Positions 46,695-57,099 of a stretch of 64,000 bases of DNA are shown here, piece by piece. Source of the DNA: Bacillota bacterium (lineage in GTDB: Bacteria; Bacillota; Clostridia; Oscillospirales; Acutalibacteraceae); NCBI GenBank assembly GCA_030842085.1, contig JAUUSE010000004.1:638-64637 (forward strand). Direction: 5' to 3'. Position 1 is the stretch's first letter; every line of letters begins with the position of its first letter. The notes under the pieces were generated by a model. That model saw only the letters and a program-made list of their open reading frames with translations. It was not told the origin of the DNA and made no database searches. The translations under genes and the position numbers were made by a program.

Positions 46695-48026
46695 TTATTC
46701 GTCCTCCTTTTTAAAGGCGGCTATAAAAAATCCGTCTGTTAAATGAATATGCGGCAGCAGTGTTATCATATTCGTACAAGTACCTTTACTGCTGTCGTTT
46801 ATTATACCATATATGCCGCTTATATCAATGGGTTTTAAATTACACATATGTAAAAATTCGTTTAATACGCCCTCATTTTCATCCTTTTTTAGCGTACATG
46901 TCGAATAAACCAATATTCCGCCGGGTTTAAGACGCTTTTGCGCCGACATAAGTATTTTCAGCTGAAGCTGCGGCAAGTCCCTTACCGCATCATACTCCTT
47001 ATATTTTATATCCGGCTTTTTTGACACTACGCCAAGACCTGAGCAGGGCACATCGCACAGTACTCTGTCGAACAGTCCCAAATTCTCACTGTATTCAGAT
47101 GCGTCGCCTTGAACCGCCTTTATGCTTTTAATGCCTAATCTATCGGCGCCGCGCTGTATCAGCTTAACCCTCGCCTCATGCACATCCTGCGATATTATTT
47201 CCCCGCTGTCTTGCATCATTTCCGCTATTGTGAAAGATTTTCCGCCGGGCGCGGCGCAGGTATCGAGAACCCTCATGCCACTTTCCACAGAAAGAGCCAT
47301 ACAGCACAGCTGCGACGCTATATCCTGAACATGGAACCTGCCCTCTTTATACAGCTTCATCTGCTCTATCCCGCTGCCCTTTTCAAGCCTTAAAGCGTCC
47401 ATTTTGTCATAAGGGGCATGTATGTCAAGGCCGGAAGCTTTTAGCAGCTTTTCAAGCCCAGTACGGCTGTTTTTTAAAGTATTCACCCTTAAAGTAACCG
47501 GAGCACTGTCAAAACTTACGCGCAGTATGTCCTCCGCCGCGTCGCCGTAACCCTGACGCAGCGTGTCATATATCCAGCGCTTGCAGGAATATTTTATTTC
47601 CGGATTGTCGCTCTTTTCAATAGCCTGAAAGCACATCTCACGCTCAGACAATATCTTCTTAAGCACGGCATTTATAAATCCGACAGCCCATTTATCGCTT
47701 CTTTTGACAAGCTCTACCGTTTCGCCCACCGCAGCGTGTGCGGGAATTTTATCCATATATAAAATTTGATATGTACCAACCCTCAGCGCATTTATCACGC
47801 TGAAAGGCAGCTTGTCCACACGCTTGCCGGCATATCGCCGTATTATAAAATCCAGCGTGTACATTCTCTCTACAACACCGTAAAAAATTGCCGATGCAAG
47901 AGCCGTATCTTTTTTATCCAGAGCCATGGCGTTAAGCTGTGCATCAAGCACCAAATTTGAATAGCCGCCGCTGCGCTGCATTTTTACCAAAGCCGTATGC
48001 GCAGCCTTTCTCGCACCACTTGCCAT
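46695..48026 (-). CDS. rsmB: 16S rRNA (cytosine967-C5)-methyltransferase
   Basis: NusB-like N-terminal domain plus SAM methyltransferase (..DTCAAPGGKS..DVPCSGLG..YSTCT..). Confidence 0.9.
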   Translation of the reverse strand: MASGARKAAHTALVKMQRSGGYSNLVLDAQLNAMALDKKDTALASAIFYGVVERMYTLDFIIRRYAGKRVDKLPFSVINALRVGTYQILYMDKIPAHAAVGETVELVKRSDKWAVGFINAVLKKILSEREMCFQAIEKSDNPEIKYSCKRWIYDTLRQGYGDAAEDILRVSFDSAPVTLRVNTLKNSRTGLEKLLKASGLDIHAPYDKMDALRLEKGSGIEQMKLYKEGRFHVQDIASQLCCMALSVESGMRVLDTCAAPGGKSFTIAEMMQDSGEIISQDVHEARVKLIQRGADRLGIKSIKAVQGDASEYSENLGLFDRVLCDVPCSGLGVVSKKPDIKYKEYDAVRDLPQLQLKILMSAQKRLKPGGILVYSTCTLKKDENEGVLNEFLHMCNLKPIDISGIYGIINDSSKGTCTNMITLLPHIHLTDGFFIAAFKKEDE

Positions 48027-48700
48027 TATCTTTTCCTGCCGTTTATCTGCGTTATATAATATACAAGCGTGAGCAGCGACTGAAGCAGTGCCGCGACATA
48101 TGTCAGCGCCGCCGCGGTCAATACCTTTTTGGCACCGGAAAGCTCTTCTGCGCTTAGCAGTCCGGAAGCTTCTATATTCTTTACAGCACGGGAGCTTGCG
48201 TTAAACTCCACCGGCAGCGTAACCAGCTGAAATACCACAACTGCAGCAAAAAGTATTACGCCTACCCATGCTATAGTAAGCATGTTTATTACAAGACCCA
48301 ATATTATAAGCAGAACACCAAAAGCCGAGCCAAAATTTGTAATGGGAATTATAGCGGCACGAATCTTTATCGGGCCATACCCTTCGGCATATTGCATTGC
48401 ATGCCCCGCTTCATGGCAGGCAATTCCCACCGCAGCTATCGAATCACCGTAAAAAATGTCGCGGCTTAGAGATATAGTATTGGTTCTCGGATTATAATTG
48501 TCTGTCAAATGGCCTTCTATGCACTGTATCGCTACATCATATACGCCATTGGCGCGCAGTACCGCTTCTGCCGCCTGTGCGCCCGTTATGCGCCGGCTGT
48601 TCTGTATCCTGCCGTATTTTCTGTACTGCGACGATATAAGCCCCTGCGTTATAAGTACAAGCAGCAGCGATGGGATAAATACATACAACATATAATACAT
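48026..48700 (-). CDS. YugP-type putative neutral zinc metallopeptidase (membrane)
   Basis: ..ACHEAGHAMQ.. with flanking TM segments. The ATG at 48700 follows GGAGGA. The track ORF starts at 48763. Confidence 0.8.
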   Translation of the reverse strand: MYYMLYVFIPSLLLVLITQGLISSQYRKYGRIQNSRRITGAQAAEAVLRANGVYDVAIQCIEGHLTDNYNPRTNTISLSRDIFYGDSIAAVGIACHEAGHAMQYAEGYGPIKIRAAIIPITNFGSAFGVLLIILGLVINMLTIAWVGVILFAAVVVFQLVTLPVEFNASSRAVKNIEASGLLSAEELSGAKKVLTAAALTYVAALLQSLLTLVYYITQINGRKR

Positions 48701-48941
48701 AATTTTTAATCCTCCATTATGTGCAAAGCCTATATATAAAAGGTTTTGAGCTATTATTGGCAAGAAAGGAAATAATCATTAAATCTGTTTTATATTGTTT
48801 ATAAACAATTTAGATTATAACTTATTCATCAAGTATATTTTCTAATTCTACCCTATATCTCTGCAAAAACGCTTATGCCGCAATTATATCTGCCCGCTGA
48901 CAATTTTTTATACGCTCTGATTTTTAATATAACCGTTTGCC

Positions 48942-49874
48942 TTATTTCCCAAGTACAGCGCCTATTTCTACTGCATGGCCCCGCAAAAATGCGTCCACCG
49001 GCATTTTGCCTGAGCCTTCCGGCTGTATTACTAAAAAGTCAATCACACTGCCGTCGCCGCATGCGGCGGAAATAGCACCGTCTGTAAAGCAGACCGAGCC
49101 GGCCGGCATTTTTGTCGTTTTATCAGAAACGGCGGCCTCAACAATCTTAATTCTCCTGCCGTTAAGCATTGTAAAGGCCGACGGCCATGGCGTAAACGCC
49201 CTTATCATATTGTATATCTCACGCGCGGTCTTTGAAAAGTCTATCTCGCCCATGCTCTTCTTTATAAGCGGAGCATAAGTAAATTCATCGCCCTGCAGAC
49301 GCGGCGTGATACTGCCGTTTTCCAGCTTGTTGAGCGTGCTGATAATAATCTTAGCGCCAAGAGCGGATAATCTGTCATGCAGGCTGTCCGCCGTCTCATT
49401 CTCGCCTATCTCGGTTTCAGCCTGCTCAAGTATGTCGCCGGTATCAAGTCCCTTTGCCATTTTCATCGTGGTAATGCCGGTGACCTTGTCCCCGTTGTAT
49501 ATCGCCCACTGTATGGGCGCCGCGCCGCGCAGCTTTGGCAGCAGCGAAGCGTGGATATTTACGCATCCCAACCGCGGCAGCTTCAATATGCTCTCCGGCA
49601 GAATTTGTCCATATGCCGCTACTACTATTATATCAGGATTTAGCTGTTTTATTACCGCCTCGGTGTCGCTGTCACGCAGCTTCTCCGGCTGATATACCGC
49701 TATGCCGTGCTTTTCGGCGCATATCTTTACCGGCGGCTTGCGCAGATTATATCCGCGTCCTGCCGGCTTGTCGGGCTGTGCAAAAACCGCCTGTACGTTA
49801 TGACCTTCGGATATTATAGACTCCAGTGCCGGTACAGCAAAGTCCGGGGTTCCCATATATACTATATTAAGCAT
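48942..49874 (-). CDS. fmt: Methionyl-tRNA formyltransferase
   Basis: MLNIVYMGTPDFAVP..NIHASLLPKLRGAAPIQWAI.. Confidence 0.95.
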   Translation of the reverse strand: MLNIVYMGTPDFAVPALESIISEGHNVQAVFAQPDKPAGRGYNLRKPPVKICAEKHGIAVYQPEKLRDSDTEAVIKQLNPDIIVVAAYGQILPESILKLPRLGCVNIHASLLPKLRGAAPIQWAIYNGDKVTGITTMKMAKGLDTGDILEQAETEIGENETADSLHDRLSALGAKIIISTLNKLENGSITPRLQGDEFTYAPLIKKSMGEIDFSKTAREIYNMIRAFTPWPSAFTMLNGRRIKIVEAAVSDKTTKMPAGSVCFTDGAISAACGDGSVIDFLVIQPEGSGKMPVDAFLRGHAVEIGAVLGK

Positions 49875-50342
49875 TTAGCCCTCCAAATCGGATTCTTTTA
49901 TGTCACGTATAACATACTGTTTAAACAAAATGCCGTCAAGATGGTCGACCTCATGACATATTGCCTTGGCCTTTAAGTCCTCCGCCTTTAATATAAATGT
50001 TTCGCCCTTGCGGTTCTGTGCCTTTACCTTGACTACCTTTGGACGCCTTGTTATACCGTACTCTCCTGGGAACGACAGACATCCCTCTACCGTTTCCTGC
50101 CGGCCGCGCTTATATATTATCTCCGGATTTATAAGCTCTATTACACCGTCGCCGACGTCTATTATGCATACGCGTTTAAGCACGCCCACCTGATTTGCAG
50201 CAAGCCCTGCGCCGTCTGCATGATGCAGCGTTTCTATCATATCGTCGATAAGCTGCGAAAGCTTGTCGTCAAATGACGTAACCTCGCGCGCCTTTTTTTC
50301 TAATACTTCATCACCATATTTTACGATGTTTCTGAGTGCCAT
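49875..50342 (-). CDS. def: Peptide deformylase
   Basis: ..GLAANQVG..EGCLS..HEVDHLDG.. Confidence 0.95.
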   Translation of the reverse strand: MALRNIVKYGDEVLEKKAREVTSFDDKLSQLIDDMIETLHHADGAGLAANQVGVLKRVCIIDVGDGVIELINPEIIYKRGRQETVEGCLSFPGEYGITRRPKVVKVKAQNRKGETFILKAEDLKAKAICHEVDHLDGILFKQYVIRDIKESDLEG

Positions 50343-50561
50343 ATTGTCCTCTCCTTAATTCATAAACAGCTTTTAAGCCGTGTATCTGCTAAAAATATTT
50401 CCAATTACAACTGCACTTGCCTGAATTTTATAAATTGTACATTTATCTGCCGGCAAAAATCAAACGGCAGACAGGTCTATCACGCAGTTATCATGGCAGA
50501 TGATAATTAATTTATTATACCACCTACAGAATAATCTGTAAAGCGGCGGCAAATTCGCTTT

Positions 50562-50966
50562 TTACAGCTTCTTTGACAGTATTAATTCAAACGCATCTTT
50601 CTCCCTTAAAAAGCCTCCTATGGCAGAATATCCCAGACTATAATAAAAGTGCTGAGCGCATTCATCGGACTGCGTCGAAGTCATTACCTCTTTATAATTT
50701 AATTCTTTCATTTGGCTTTCCCAATATTTAACTAACAGCTTTCCAAATCCCTTACCACGATTTCCGTCTAATACATAAAGCATGTTCATAAACGGAATAC
50801 TGTCCCAAAACAAATTATATCTTAGCCAGCCGGTAAGCTTGCCGCATTCCTCAATAATATATATGCGGTTTAAATGGATGCTGTTTTCCAATTCATTTGC
50901 CGAAATATGATGGTCATATTCTTTTAAAATATCCATATCGCCCATTTGTGCAGTTCTTATAAGCAT
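50562..50966 (-). CDS. GNAT-family N-acetyltransferase
   Basis: ..LYVLDGNRGKGFGKLLV..A..FYYSLGY.. is acetyl-CoA binding motif A. MLIRTAQ.. was chosen as the start. The track ORF starts at 50987. Confidence 0.7.
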   Translation of the reverse strand: MLIRTAQMGDMDILKEYDHHISANELENSIHLNRIYIIEECGKLTGWLRYNLFWDSIPFMNMLYVLDGNRGKGFGKLLVKYWESQMKELNYKEVMTSTQSDECAQHFYYSLGYSAIGGFLREKDAFELILSKKL

Positions 50967-51101
50967 AATGACCCGCTCCGCTAACATAATTATTTGGGTT
51001 ATTTTTAAATAATACAGCTTACAATAGCTTTATCAAAATATTAAATATACGCTGCTTGTCACAGCAAACAAGCCTGTTTTAAGCATGCGTAGTCACAAAT
51101 A

Positions 51102-53567
51102 TTATAAAATACTGCCGGGATTTATATCTACAAATATGCTTACCGGCTTATACTCCGGTATGCCGCCTATATTTTTCACAGCCTGTTTTAGCATATTCCT
51201 AAAATTCGCATTGTCGTGACATTTTATTATAAGACGCCAGCGGTACCTGCCGCCTACCTTGGGTATCGACGCCGGAGACGGGCCTAAAACTATCAGCTTA
51301 ACTGCGGCATATTTGCCAGAGTTAAGATGCTTTAATATATTCAAAAACGCTTTTGCGCCGCTCGCCGCCTTTTCGGACTTTTCCGCCGTAAAGCCGACTA
51401 CGCATATATCGCAGTAAGGCGGGTAAATCATAACCTTGCGCATGAGCATTTCCTGCTCGTAAAACTTTTCATAGTCCTGATTTGCCGCAAGCTGTATTAT
51501 TGGGTTTTCCGGCGTCATTGTCTGAACAATGGCAACGCCGGGATTGTCCCCCCTGCCGGCGCGGCCTACCACCTGCGTGAGCAGGGAAAACGCCCGCTCA
51601 TAGCTTCTGAAATCGCTGCTGTAAAGAGCTGCGTCGGCATTTATTACACCGACTAAAGTGACGTCCGGAAAATCTAAGCCCTTTGCCACCATCTGCGTAC
51701 CGAGCAGTATATCATACTTGCCTTCTCCAAAGGCTTTAAAATTATTTTCATACGCCATGCGCGACGATGTCGAATCAGCGTCCATGCGGAGTATCCGCGC
51801 ATCTGGCAGCAGCGCGCTAAGCTCAGCCTCAGCCTTTTGCGTGCCGGCGCCGGAGCATTTTATATGCTCCGCTCCGCACTCGCTGCATGTATGGGAAAAC
51901 TCCTCAGAATAGCCGCAATAATGGCACATCATTCTACCGTTCGCCGCGTGATAAGTGAGAGATATGCTGCAGTTTGGACATGTAAGCACATGTCCGCACA
52001 CGCTGCACGATACATAGGTGTTATAGCCCCTGCGGTTCATAAGCAATATCGACTGCTTTTTATCGCTGAGATTTTCTTTCAAAGCGTCAAGCAGCATGCG
52101 GCTCATTATGCCGGTATTGCCTGCCGCAAGTTCCTCTTTCATATCGGCGGTAACTACCTCTGGCAGCTTTGCACCGCCGTATCTGTTTTTCAGCACGCAC
52201 AAACCGTAACGCCCCGTCTGCGCAGCGCTGTATGATTCAACCGACGGAGTGGCCGACGCCAGCACCAGCAAAGACTTATGCCATGCGCATCTGAAACGCG
52301 CTATGTCCCGCGCATGATAACGCGGCGTTTTTTCAGATTTATAGGTGTATTCATGCTCCTCGTCCATTATTATAAGCCCGATATCGTCAAACGGAGCAAA
52401 AGCGGCCGAGCGTGTGCCGACGGCTATTGTAGCTTCTCCGGATTTAATACGCTTCCATTCGTCCATGCGCTGGCCAAGCGACATGGCGCTGTGAAAAACA
52501 GCGACCTTTTGACCATACCGACGGTGAAATATTGAAAGCACCTGCGGCGTCAGCGAAATTTCCGGAACCATTAATATCACGCCGCGGCCTTGCGACGATA
52601 TCTCGTCAATAAGCTTTAAAAACACCTGCGTCTTGCCGCTGCCGGTAATGCCGTAAAGCAGCGACACGCCGCCCTTTTGCGATGAATATTTCTCCATCAT
52701 TTCATTATAGGCAGCCTGCTGTTCGTTTGTGAGTATAATCTCGCTTTTGTCTACATCTTCTGGACGTATGTTCTCATACGGGTCGCGCATAACCTCTTCA
52801 TTATAGCAAAATACAATTTCTTTTTTCTCAAGCGCTGTTATTACTGCCGGTGTAACTCCCGTAAAATAGCATATCTCCTTTACCGATGCCGACTTTACAT
52901 CTTTAAGCAGCTCGGCCACGCTCCGCTGCTTTTTTGTGAGCTTACCCAGCTCCTCTTCAGATATATCTTCATCCGCCAGCTGCGCCATTTTGACAGTGGC
53001 GTCGCCCATGCGCCGCACGGCGTCGTCGGTACGCAGCAGATAACCCTGCTTTACAAGCCTGTCCGGCATATCGGAGGTGGGTACAAGCTGCATTATTTCA
53101 AGCAGGCGCTCCCTCTCTACCGTTGCGCGGCTTTTTGTGAGATATTCCACCATCTGCCGCTCCGTTTCACCGAGCTCAGACAGTTCGCTTTCCGGCCGTC
53201 CGGCAGAACGATAAGCTGTGACAATACGCATATTTATACCCGCCGGCAGCATAATCCTCAGCGCTTCAAAAAGCGTGCAGAAAGTATGCTCCTTCATCCA
53301 TTCGGCTAGGCTGAGCATTTCTTTTGTAAGTATAGGCTTATCGTCCAGCACCGATATTATCGGCTTTATCTTTTCAACATCTGCGCTGTCGCCTACGCTT
53401 AATATTATACCCTGCCGACGCCTGTTGCCCTTGCCAAATGGAACCATTACACGGCATCCCACCAGCGCTTTCTCTTTTAACTCCGGCGGTATTATATAAG
53501 AATAGGGCTTGTCGTAGCTGAAAGCCGTATCTGATACCGCTACTGCGGCAATTGCGACTTTCTCCAC
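51102..53567 (-). CDS. priA: Primosomal replication-restart helicase PriA
   Basis: Walker A (GITGSGKTQV), DEEH box, and Cys-rich Zn-binding insert (CSVCGHVLTCPNC..CHYCG..CSECG). The GTG at 53567 follows GGAGGG. The track ORF starts at 53669. Confidence 0.9.
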   Translation of the reverse strand: MEKVAIAAVAVSDTAFSYDKPYSYIIPPELKEKALVGCRVMVPFGKGNRRRQGIILSVGDSADVEKIKPIISVLDDKPILTKEMLSLAEWMKEHTFCTLFEALRIMLPAGINMRIVTAYRSAGRPESELSELGETERQMVEYLTKSRATVERERLLEIMQLVPTSDMPDRLVKQGYLLRTDDAVRRMGDATVKMAQLADEDISEEELGKLTKKQRSVAELLKDVKSASVKEICYFTGVTPAVITALEKKEIVFCYNEEVMRDPYENIRPEDVDKSEIILTNEQQAAYNEMMEKYSSQKGGVSLLYGITGSGKTQVFLKLIDEISSQGRGVILMVPEISLTPQVLSIFHRRYGQKVAVFHSAMSLGQRMDEWKRIKSGEATIAVGTRSAAFAPFDDIGLIIMDEEHEYTYKSEKTPRYHARDIARFRCAWHKSLLVLASATPSVESYSAAQTGRYGLCVLKNRYGGAKLPEVVTADMKEELAAGNTGIMSRMLLDALKENLSDKKQSILLMNRRGYNTYVSCSVCGHVLTCPNCSISLTYHAANGRMMCHYCGYSEEFSHTCSECGAEHIKCSGAGTQKAEAELSALLPDARILRMDADSTSSRMAYENNFKAFGEGKYDILLGTQMVAKGLDFPDVTLVGVINADAALYSSDFRSYERAFSLLTQVVGRAGRGDNPGVAIVQTMTPENPIIQLAANQDYEKFYEQEMLMRKVMIYPPYCDICVVGFTAEKSEKAASGAKAFLNILKHLNSGKYAAVKLIVLGPSPASIPKVGGRYRWRLIIKCHDNANFRNMLKQAVKNIGGIPEYKPVSIFVDINPGSIL

Positions 53568-53769
53568 AACAAACCCTCCAAATCTTATATTCAGCCGACA
53601 GCCGTTATCGGACATTGAGCAGCAAACAGCCCTAATAAATATTTGCGCCGCAAATAAACTTAATTGCACATATATGCATCATAAACATTGCTGAAATATT
53701 AGCCATGCCAAAATATAATTGCATAAGCGAAAAATAGATTTGCCGCGCAGCTTATGGCACTGCCGCTAT

Positions 53770-53958
53770 TTACATAAGCCCCATAGAATGAGCTAATTCA
53801 TTTAGCGCCAGATTTACCGGCTTCTCATCAAGACTTATCTTGTTTTTCTCAGCCGTAGCAGATATTACGCGCGCACGATGCGCCACGTCAAGCACCAACT
53901 GATATTTGCTGTCATATGCTTCCAGCAGTTTGCCAATCGCAGGATTTAGCACTTTCAA
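53770..53958 (-). CDS. rpoZ: DNA-directed RNA polymerase subunit omega
   Basis: ..[27 protein letters not shown].. Position between gmk and priA. Confidence 0.8.
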   Translation of the reverse strand: MKVLNPAIGKLLEAYDSKYQLVLDVAHRARVISATAEKNKISLDEKPVNLALNELAHSMGLM

Positions 53959-54562
53959 GCACCTCTTTCACAAATTTCTCCATAGATTTATAGCTGAACC
54001 TGTCGGCGTTTATTATCGCCTCAAGATTATTCACCGCTTCTGTTATATTGTCGTTAACTATAATATAATCATATTCATTTGCACAGCCCATTTCGTCTAT
54101 CGCCGCCTGCAGACGCCCGTTTATAGACTCAGCGCTCTCTGTGCTCCGTCCAGTCAGACGCTCTTTAAGGACCTGCATCGACGGCGGCATTATAAATACG
54201 CTGAGTACGCCGCTCATAGCCTCTCTCACCTTGCGCGCGCCGTTTACGTCTATCTCCAGCAGTACGTTGCGTCCACAGCTTATCCAGCGCTCAATCGGCT
54301 TTTTTGGCGTGCCGTAGTAATTGCCTAAATAAGTATTATACTCCAAAAACTCGCCGTTTAAAAGCATAGTTTCAAATTTTTCTTTTGATATAAAATCGTA
54401 TTTTTCGCCGGGTATCTCGCCCTGACGCGGCGGACGAGTTATGCTCGAAATTGACAGGCATATATCCTTGCGACGGGACAGCAGCTCCCGCATAATAGTG
54501 TCTTTACCACAGCCGGACGGACCCGATAATATGAAAAGGCGGCCTTTATTATTCCCCATCAT
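53912..54562 (-). CDS. gmk: Guanylate kinase
   Basis: ..[21 protein letters not shown]-like ..[18 protein letters not shown]... The start is ambiguous (54583, 54562 or 54559). The 3' end overlaps the rpoZ start. Confidence 0.9.
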   Translation of the reverse strand: MMGNNKGRLFILSGPSGCGKDTIMRELLSRRKDICLSISSITRPPRQGEIPGEKYDFISKEKFETMLLNGEFLEYNTYLGNYYGTPKKPIERWISCGRNVLLEIDVNGARKVREAMSGVLSVFIMPPSMQVLKERLTGRSTESAESINGRLQAAIDEMGCANEYDYIIVNDNITEAVNNLEAIINADRFSYKSMEKFVKEVLESAKSCDWQTAGSI

Positions 54563-54827
54563 CTGCGTCATCTCCAAAATCACCGTCCGCCGTCACGCCG
54601 TTTATACGGCCCGCTACCGTTTCCGACTGTAAATATGTCAGTATTACATGGTCGGAATCTGTTATAACTACAGCGCGTGTGCGCCGACCCTGCGTTGCGT
54701 CTATCAGCCGGCCGTCTTCCTTTGCTTCCTGTATAAGTCGCTTTATCGGCGCTGATTCAGGCCCTACCACCGCTATTATACGGTTTTCCGACACCATGTT
54801 TCCAAATCCTATGTTAATAAGCCTCAT
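54549..54827 (-). CDS. remA: RemA (DUF370) family regulator
   Basis: [64 protein letters not shown].. Confidence 0.85.
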   Translation of the reverse strand: MRLINIGFGNMVSENRIIAVVGPESAPIKRLIQEAKEDGRLIDATQGRRTRAVVITDSDHVILTYLQSETVAGRINGVTADGDFGDDADDGE

Positions 54828-54848
54828 TTTCTTCCTCTCCAGTATTTC

Positions 54849-55727
54849 CTACTGTATGTTTTGTACCTGCTCGCGAATTTTTTCTATCTCAGATTTTACG
54901 TCTACTACGCATTTTGTTATATCTATGTTCTGCGATTTTGAGCCGATAGTGTTTATCTCCCTGTTCATTTCCTGTACAATGAAATCCATTTTTCGGCCCA
55001 CCGGCTCCTCCTGCTCAAGCATGCCCTTAAGCTGAGATATATGACTGCGTAGCCGAACCGTCTCTTCATCCACCGCTAAACGGTCGGCCATTACAGCGGT
55101 TTCTGTTATAAGGCGCTGCTCGTCTACCTTTGCATCGCCAAGCAATTCCTTCATTCGCTCTTCGAGGCGTTCGCGGTAATGCTTTACAGACTCAGGATAC
55201 AGCACTTCAATTTTATCGACACAGCCGAGTATAAATTCGCACCGACCTGTTATGTCTTTATACATCTTCTCGCCCTCTATTAGGCGCATATCGTTTAGAG
55301 CCGCTGCCGCCTTATCCAACAACGGACAAAGCATGCTCCACATCTCGTCTTCGTCTATCTCGCTTTCCTTGAGGGAAATAACATCTGGCATGCGCGACAG
55401 CCACATTGCATTTACATCACCGGAAATTCCGTATTTGTCCGACATCTCATTTATGGCGCTGAGATATCCGCCGGCTAAGTCAAAATTGACCTCTACGTCT
55501 CCTGCAGCTTCGCCAATGCGCTCAATGTTTACAAATACATCCGTTTTGCCGCGCGCTATAAGCCCGGATAAATGCGACCGTATCTTGTCCTCTAAAAATG
55601 AAAAGGTGCGTCCTATCCTGCAGCTAAATTCAAAATATCTGTGGTTTACAGACTTTATTTCCAAAGAAATTTTATATTTATCATATAATGCTTCGGCCCT
55701 GCCGTAGCCCGTCATGCTTTTTATCAT
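54849..55727 (-). CDS. YicC/YloC-family endoribonuclease
   Basis: MIKSMTGYGRAE..SVNHRY.. at the N-terminus and ..EMNREINTIGSKS.. at the C-terminus. Confidence 0.85.
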   Translation of the reverse strand: MIKSMTGYGRAEALYDKYKISLEIKSVNHRYFEFSCRIGRTFSFLEDKIRSHLSGLIARGKTDVFVNIERIGEAAGDVEVNFDLAGGYLSAINEMSDKYGISGDVNAMWLSRMPDVISLKESEIDEDEMWSMLCPLLDKAAAALNDMRLIEGEKMYKDITGRCEFILGCVDKIEVLYPESVKHYRERLEERMKELLGDAKVDEQRLITETAVMADRLAVDEETVRLRSHISQLKGMLEQEEPVGRKMDFIVQEMNREINTIGSKSQNIDITKCVVDVKSEIEKIREQVQNIQ

Positions 55728-55899
55728 ATTGCTCTCCGCATATCTGTTTTTATTAAGTATATATTTGCAATTTATGCGCTGGTTAATTATGCCTACCGCT
55801 ATTTTTCACTATCCCGACGTAAATCGGAAAAAGCGGAGACATACCATTATGCTCGGCTAAAATCACACGCAAACAATTTGTCAGCGCCGCCTTGATTAA

Positions 55900-56223
55900 T
55901 TATGTGTTTTTATCTGTTACGTGAAACTTTTTGAGATTGCCTATCTTGTTGCTGCGGCGCTCAAGCTCTTCCATGACATCATCAATAGACACGCCCTGCT
56001 GCACCATGAGCACTGTCACGTGATAAAGCAAATCCGATATTTCGTTTATAAGTTCTGTATTATCGCCGTTTTTTGCGGCAATGCATACCTCTGTGCATTC
56101 TTCGCCGCACTTTTTAAGTATCTTGTCCAGCCCCTGCTCGAACAAGTAGCAGGTATATGAACCTTCAGATTTATGCTGACGGCGGTCTGACACCGTTTCA
56201 TACAGTTTCGACATTGCATCCAT
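55900..56223 (-). CDS. hisE: Phosphoribosyl-ATP pyrophosphatase (monofunctional)
   Basis: ..SYTCYLFEQGLDKILKKCGEECTEVCIAAKN..EISDLLYHVTVLM.. Confidence 0.85.
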   Translation of the reverse strand: MDAMSKLYETVSDRRQHKSEGSYTCYLFEQGLDKILKKCGEECTEVCIAAKNGDNTELINEISDLLYHVTVLMVQQGVSIDDVMEELERRSNKIGNLKKFHVTDKNT

Positions 56224-56495
56224 TATTCTATCAGCCTTTCTGTGGTGAGAAAATGCCGTATTACATTTGGCACTTACTCTTTAACAATAATTTATTATAC
56301 CATAAAAGCAAAAAAAGGCAAGAACTGCCCTTTCATATTCCTATAAACGGGCGGAGTGAAACTCGTAACAGTAATGCTTCAAAGCAGCGGCACACTGTCT
56401 GTAATAATCTAAACAAATTTAGTACATAGATTTATAAAAGCCAAAAAATCATGCTTCATGTGAGTTCTTCCATATGTTGAAGCGTATGCCTCATC

Positions 56496-56816
56496 CTACA
56501 TCACATCATTAAAAAAGCATGAATGACTGCCCGTATGGCATGCGGGTCCTGTTTGCTCCACCTCTATAAGCAGAGTGTCAAAGTCGCAGTCGGCCTTAAT
56601 AGATTTTACAATTTGTATGTGCCCCGACGTCTCGCCCTTGCGCCAAAGCTTCTGCCGCGACCGGCTGAAAAAGCATGTGCGCCCTTCTTTTAGGGTTATC
56701 TCAAGCGATTCCTTATTCATATAGGCGAGCATAAGCACCTCGCCCGTCCCGCTCTCCTGCACTATCGCCGGTATTAACTCAGACTTCTTAAAAAGATTAT
56801 CTATTTCAAAATTCAT
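56496..56816 (-). CDS. hisI: Phosphoribosyl-AMP cyclohydrolase (monofunctional)
   Basis: ..[54 protein letters not shown]. Confidence 0.9.
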   Translation of the reverse strand: MNFEIDNLFKKSELIPAIVQESGTGEVLMLAYMNKESLEITLKEGRTCFFSRSRQKLWRKGETSGHIQIVKSIKADCDFDTLLIEVEQTGPACHTGSHSCFFNDVM

Positions 56817-57099
56817 AATATCACCTTTGTTTACATAATGTTTTGTTCAAGCAGACGTCATGTGGTTTAAACATAATTATTTAACCTGATAAAAAAGCAT
56901 ATTTTACGCAAAGCATAGCGTTAAATCAACGCAAGACATTTACATAATCTTTGTGTGTTTTAAGATTAATCATATATTTGTATAATCAGCATACAATTGG
57001 TCCCGATATCTTCCGCTATGAATAAGCTGCCTCCGATATTTATAAAGGTCATCTTGCCGTATCGTCTAATACTTTAAATGTCGGATTGCGAAAAAAGCT

